From an uncultured Negativicutes bacterium (GTDB lineage: Bacteria > Bacillota > Negativicutes > JBAXTZ01): DNA of 56,543 bases. Below, one piece after another: positions 53,772 through 56,543 of the stretch. The notes below the pieces were generated by a model, which was not told the origin of the DNA, ran no database searches, and was given only the letters and a program-made list of their open reading frames with translations. A program made the translations under genes and the position numbers. Position 1 is the first letter of the stretch. Each line of letters starts with the position of its first letter. The DNA is taken from the NCBI GenBank assembly GCA_963721525.1, contig CAVRJL010000003.1, positions 1 to 56,543 of the forward strand, given 5' to 3'.

Positions 53772-54816
53772 ATGACCATATTAGAAAAAATAAAAAAAAA
53801 TAAAAAAATATTTTGGTGATAAAATTTTAATTTTAGGCCACTATTATCAAGATGAAACTGTTTTTTATTCTTCCGATATCACTGGAGATAGTTATAAATT
53901 AGCAGTAGCAGCATCACATTCTAGTGCTCAATATATAATTATATGTGGAGTGAGCTTTATGGGAGAAACAGTAAAATTATTAGCTCCTATGAGTAAAGTA
54001 TTTATACCTGATAAATTTGCTAATTGTCCTATGGCGGCTATGATTAATGAAGACATGCTTATAAATATTTTAAATAAATTTACTGAATTAAAGCAAGCTG
54101 TAGTTCCTCTGTTATATGTGAATTCTACTTTAACCGTGAAATTTATAGTAGGTAAATTAGGAGGTTTATGCTGTACTTCAAGTAATGTAAAAAAAATAAC
54201 TAGTCAACTTTTAAAAGAAAAGAAAAAGATATTTTTTTTACCTGATAAAAATTTAGCACTGAATTGCGTTTCCGAAATAGGTGTTAATAAAAATGAGGTA
54301 TGTGTTGTAGATAAATATAGTCAAATTAAAGATATTAATGTTAACGCTAAAATATTTATTTGGAAAGGTTTTTGTATAGTTCACACACGAATAAAAGAGA
54401 AAGATATAAAAGCAGCACGAAATAGCTATCCGCAAGCAAAGATAATAGTTCATCCTGAATGTGATCCATCAGTAGTTCAGCATGCAGATTTTGTTGGTTC
54501 AACAACCCAATTATTACAATATTTTTTAAATGCGCCGTCACAAAGTATTATAATTGTTGGAACTGAATTGAGGTTTATTGAAAGACTGCCCAAACTTCGT
54601 TCTGATATAAAAGTTTATGCTTTAAAGAATTCTCCTTGCTTAAATATGGCAAAAATAACACCACATAAATTATTAAATTGTATTAGTAAAATTGTTGATG
54701 CTAATAAAATTGGAGATTGGAATCTAACTAAAGAGTACGAAATAACTATTCTAAATAATTATATTGAATATGCTCATTTAACATTAAAGAGAATGATTGA
54801 AGAAACAGAAAAATGA
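53772..54816 (+). CDS. nadA: Quinolinate synthase; one extra base in the A-runs near the start
   Basis: ATG 53772 frame stops after 15 codons; the +1 frame reads LILGHYYQ, GDSYKL, CGVSFMGET, CPMA, YVNS, CTSSN, GFCIVH, HPEC, GST, CLNM. Confidence 0.92.
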
Positions 54817-54843
54817 AAAGTAATTGTATTTTGAGGTATTAGA

Positions 54844-56421
54844 ATGCGAAAAAAATTCGATGTTTTAATCATCGGAACAGGTATTTCCGCATTATCTGCC
54901 GCTATAGTAGCTGGTGAAGCAGGATTGAAAGTGGCTTTAATAAGTAAAGAAAAAGAAATTAATATATGTAATAGCGAACAAGCACAAGGTGGAATCGTTG
55001 CGCAAAGTGCTCAGGATAGTCCGGAAAAACTTATTTTTGATATATTAAGAGCAGGTGATTTTATTAATTATAAAGAAGCGGTAAAATTTCTAGCTTATAA
55101 AGGGGTTCCTATAATTAAACCTTTTTTAAGTGAAAAAATAGGAGTTCCCTTTTGCGTAAATTGTGAAGGTAAATTTGACTATACTTATGAAGGAGCACAT
55201 AGTAAAAGAAGAATTTTACATATTAAAGATAAAAGTGGACAAGAAATAGAAAGAGCTTTAATAAAATATTTAAGTAATATTGCTAACATCTTAATTTTCA
55301 GTAATCATACAGTAATTGAATTAATAAGTAACACAAAACATTCTACAAATTACGAAGAAAAATATAAAGAAAAACAAGTAATAGGTGCTTATATATTGGA
55401 TAATGAACAGCAAATAGTATCTGTTGTTTTTTCAAAAAACACTATTTTGGCAACTGGTGGAGTAGGAGATTTATTTACATTTACTAGTAATCTAGAAGGA
55501 GCTGTAGGAGATGGATTAACTATGGCAAAACGAATAGGTGCCGAAATTATAAATGCCGAATATGTGCAATTTCATCCTACAATAATATTTCATAAAGATA
55601 TTAAACGATTTTTAATTTCCGAGGCATTAAGAGGAGAAGGAGCTCAGTTAGTAAATAGACGTGGTGAATACTTTATGAAAAGATATTCACCTGAATTAAA
55701 AGATTTAGCACCTAGAGATGAAGTATCAAGGGCAATTTATAGGGAAATAGAGGCAGATGCTATAGGTTATGTATGGTTAGATGCTCGTAATATTAAAAAT
55801 ATTGATGTTACTGAAAGATTCCCCCGAATTTTTAATGAATGTTTTAAAGTTGGTATAGATATTAGAAAAGATCTAATACCTGTTGTTCCAGCAGCACATT
55901 ATTTTTGTGGAGGTATTAAAGTTGATTTAAATGGATATACAGGAATAAAAGGATTATGGGCAATAGGAGAATGTTCCTGTACTGGGGTTCATGGTGCAAA
56001 TAGGTTAGCTTCAGTATCTTTACTAGAAGCAGTTGTATGGGCAATAAATTCAGCTTTAGATATCATAAAAAATAAAAATATGACGGATAAAACTAGAGAA
56101 AAATTATATGACACAATACCGGAATGGGAATTTTCCTCGCAAGAAAAAAAAGTTGACCCTATATTAATTTATCAAGATATTTCTATGATTCGTAAAATAA
56201 TGTGGAATTATTGTGGTATTATTCGTACTAAAAAAAGATTATTAAGAGCGTTAGCAGATCTAAGTTATTTACGTCATCGAATTAAAAAATTTTATTATTC
56301 TGCAAAGTTAAATAGAAAAGTAATAGAATTAAACAATGCTGTAAGTAGCGCAATAATAATAGTTACTGCAGCCCTAGAAAACAAACAGTCATATGGATGT
56401 CATTATCTAAAACATGAATAG
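54844..56421 (+). CDS. nadB: L-aspartate oxidase
   Basis: AQGGI, EGAHSKRRILH, QFHPT, LISEALRGEG, LAPRD, AAHYFCGG, HGANRLASVSLLE. Confidence 0.96.
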   Translation: MRKKFDVLIIGTGISALSAAIVAGEAGLKVALISKEKEINICNSEQAQGGIVAQSAQDSPEKLIFDILRAGDFINYKEAVKFLAYKGVPIIKPFLSEKIGVPFCVNCEGKFDYTYEGAHSKRRILHIKDKSGQEIERALIKYLSNIANILIFSNHTVIELISNTKHSTNYEEKYKEKQVIGAYILDNEQQIVSVVFSKNTILATGGVGDLFTFTSNLEGAVGDGLTMAKRIGAEIINAEYVQFHPTIIFHKDIKRFLISEALRGEGAQLVNRRGEYFMKRYSPELKDLAPRDEVSRAIYREIEADAIGYVWLDARNIKNIDVTERFPRIFNECFKVGIDIRKDLIPVVPAAHYFCGGIKVDLNGYTGIKGLWAIGECSCTGVHGANRLASVSLLEAVVWAINSALDIIKNKNMTDKTREKLYDTIPEWEFSSQEKKVDPILIYQDISMIRKIMWNYCGIIRTKKRLLRALADLSYLRHRIKKFYYSAKLNRKVIELNNAVSSAIIIVTAALENKQSYGCHYLKHE

Positions 56422-56464
56422 AAAACAGAAAACTATTATGGTAAGTTTTATTTAAAAAAATTAG

Positions 56465-56494
56465 TTGACATTTGTTTTACAAATTTGTTATACT
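56465..56494 (+). promoter_or_regulatory. SigmaA promoter for the next gene outside the window
   Basis: TTGACA-18nt-TATACT with extended -10 TG; GAGGA near the window end. Confidence 0.7.
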
Positions 56495-56543
56495 GAGTAA
56501 GCTTATTTAATAAAATGATAAGAAGATTATTTGAGGAATGTAA

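Overview
Very AT-rich bacterial chromosome segment (genetic code 11) spanning the conserved replication-origin neighbourhood (rpsF-ssb-rpsR ... yidC-yidD-rnpA-rpmH | dnaN-recF-DUF721-gyrB ... rpmE-prfA-prmC-sua5-rpiB-ywlG-glyA-upp ... glmU-prs ... secA-prfB ... ctpA ... nadAB). Firmicutes-type gene order plus a complete ADP-heptose pathway, DUF5693-csaB and the L34 sequence suggest a Negativicutes-like (diderm Firmicutes) organism (inference). Most long spacers are decayed genes (dnaA, parB, jag, ftsE/envC, rfbD, DUF1385, probably a GT9 heptosyltransferase), which is the pattern of a genome-reducing host-restricted symbiont. The main observation is that dnaA has collapsed to a ~300-bp relic at its canonical position, and parB has decayed too, while the gene-strand switch, both divergent promoters, residual DnaA boxes, dnaN, recF and a DciA-like protein remain. 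This suggests DnaA-independent initiation unless a copy exists elsewhere in the genome. secA, prfB and nadA are each broken by a one-base shift in an A9/A10 run (slippage recoding or sequencing error), prfB keeps its programmed +1 frameshift, gmhB appears to start at ATT, and a catalytically dead YwlE-like domain is fused to RpiB. No CRISPR array, rRNA or mobile element was seen. All calls are by eye; no searches were run.
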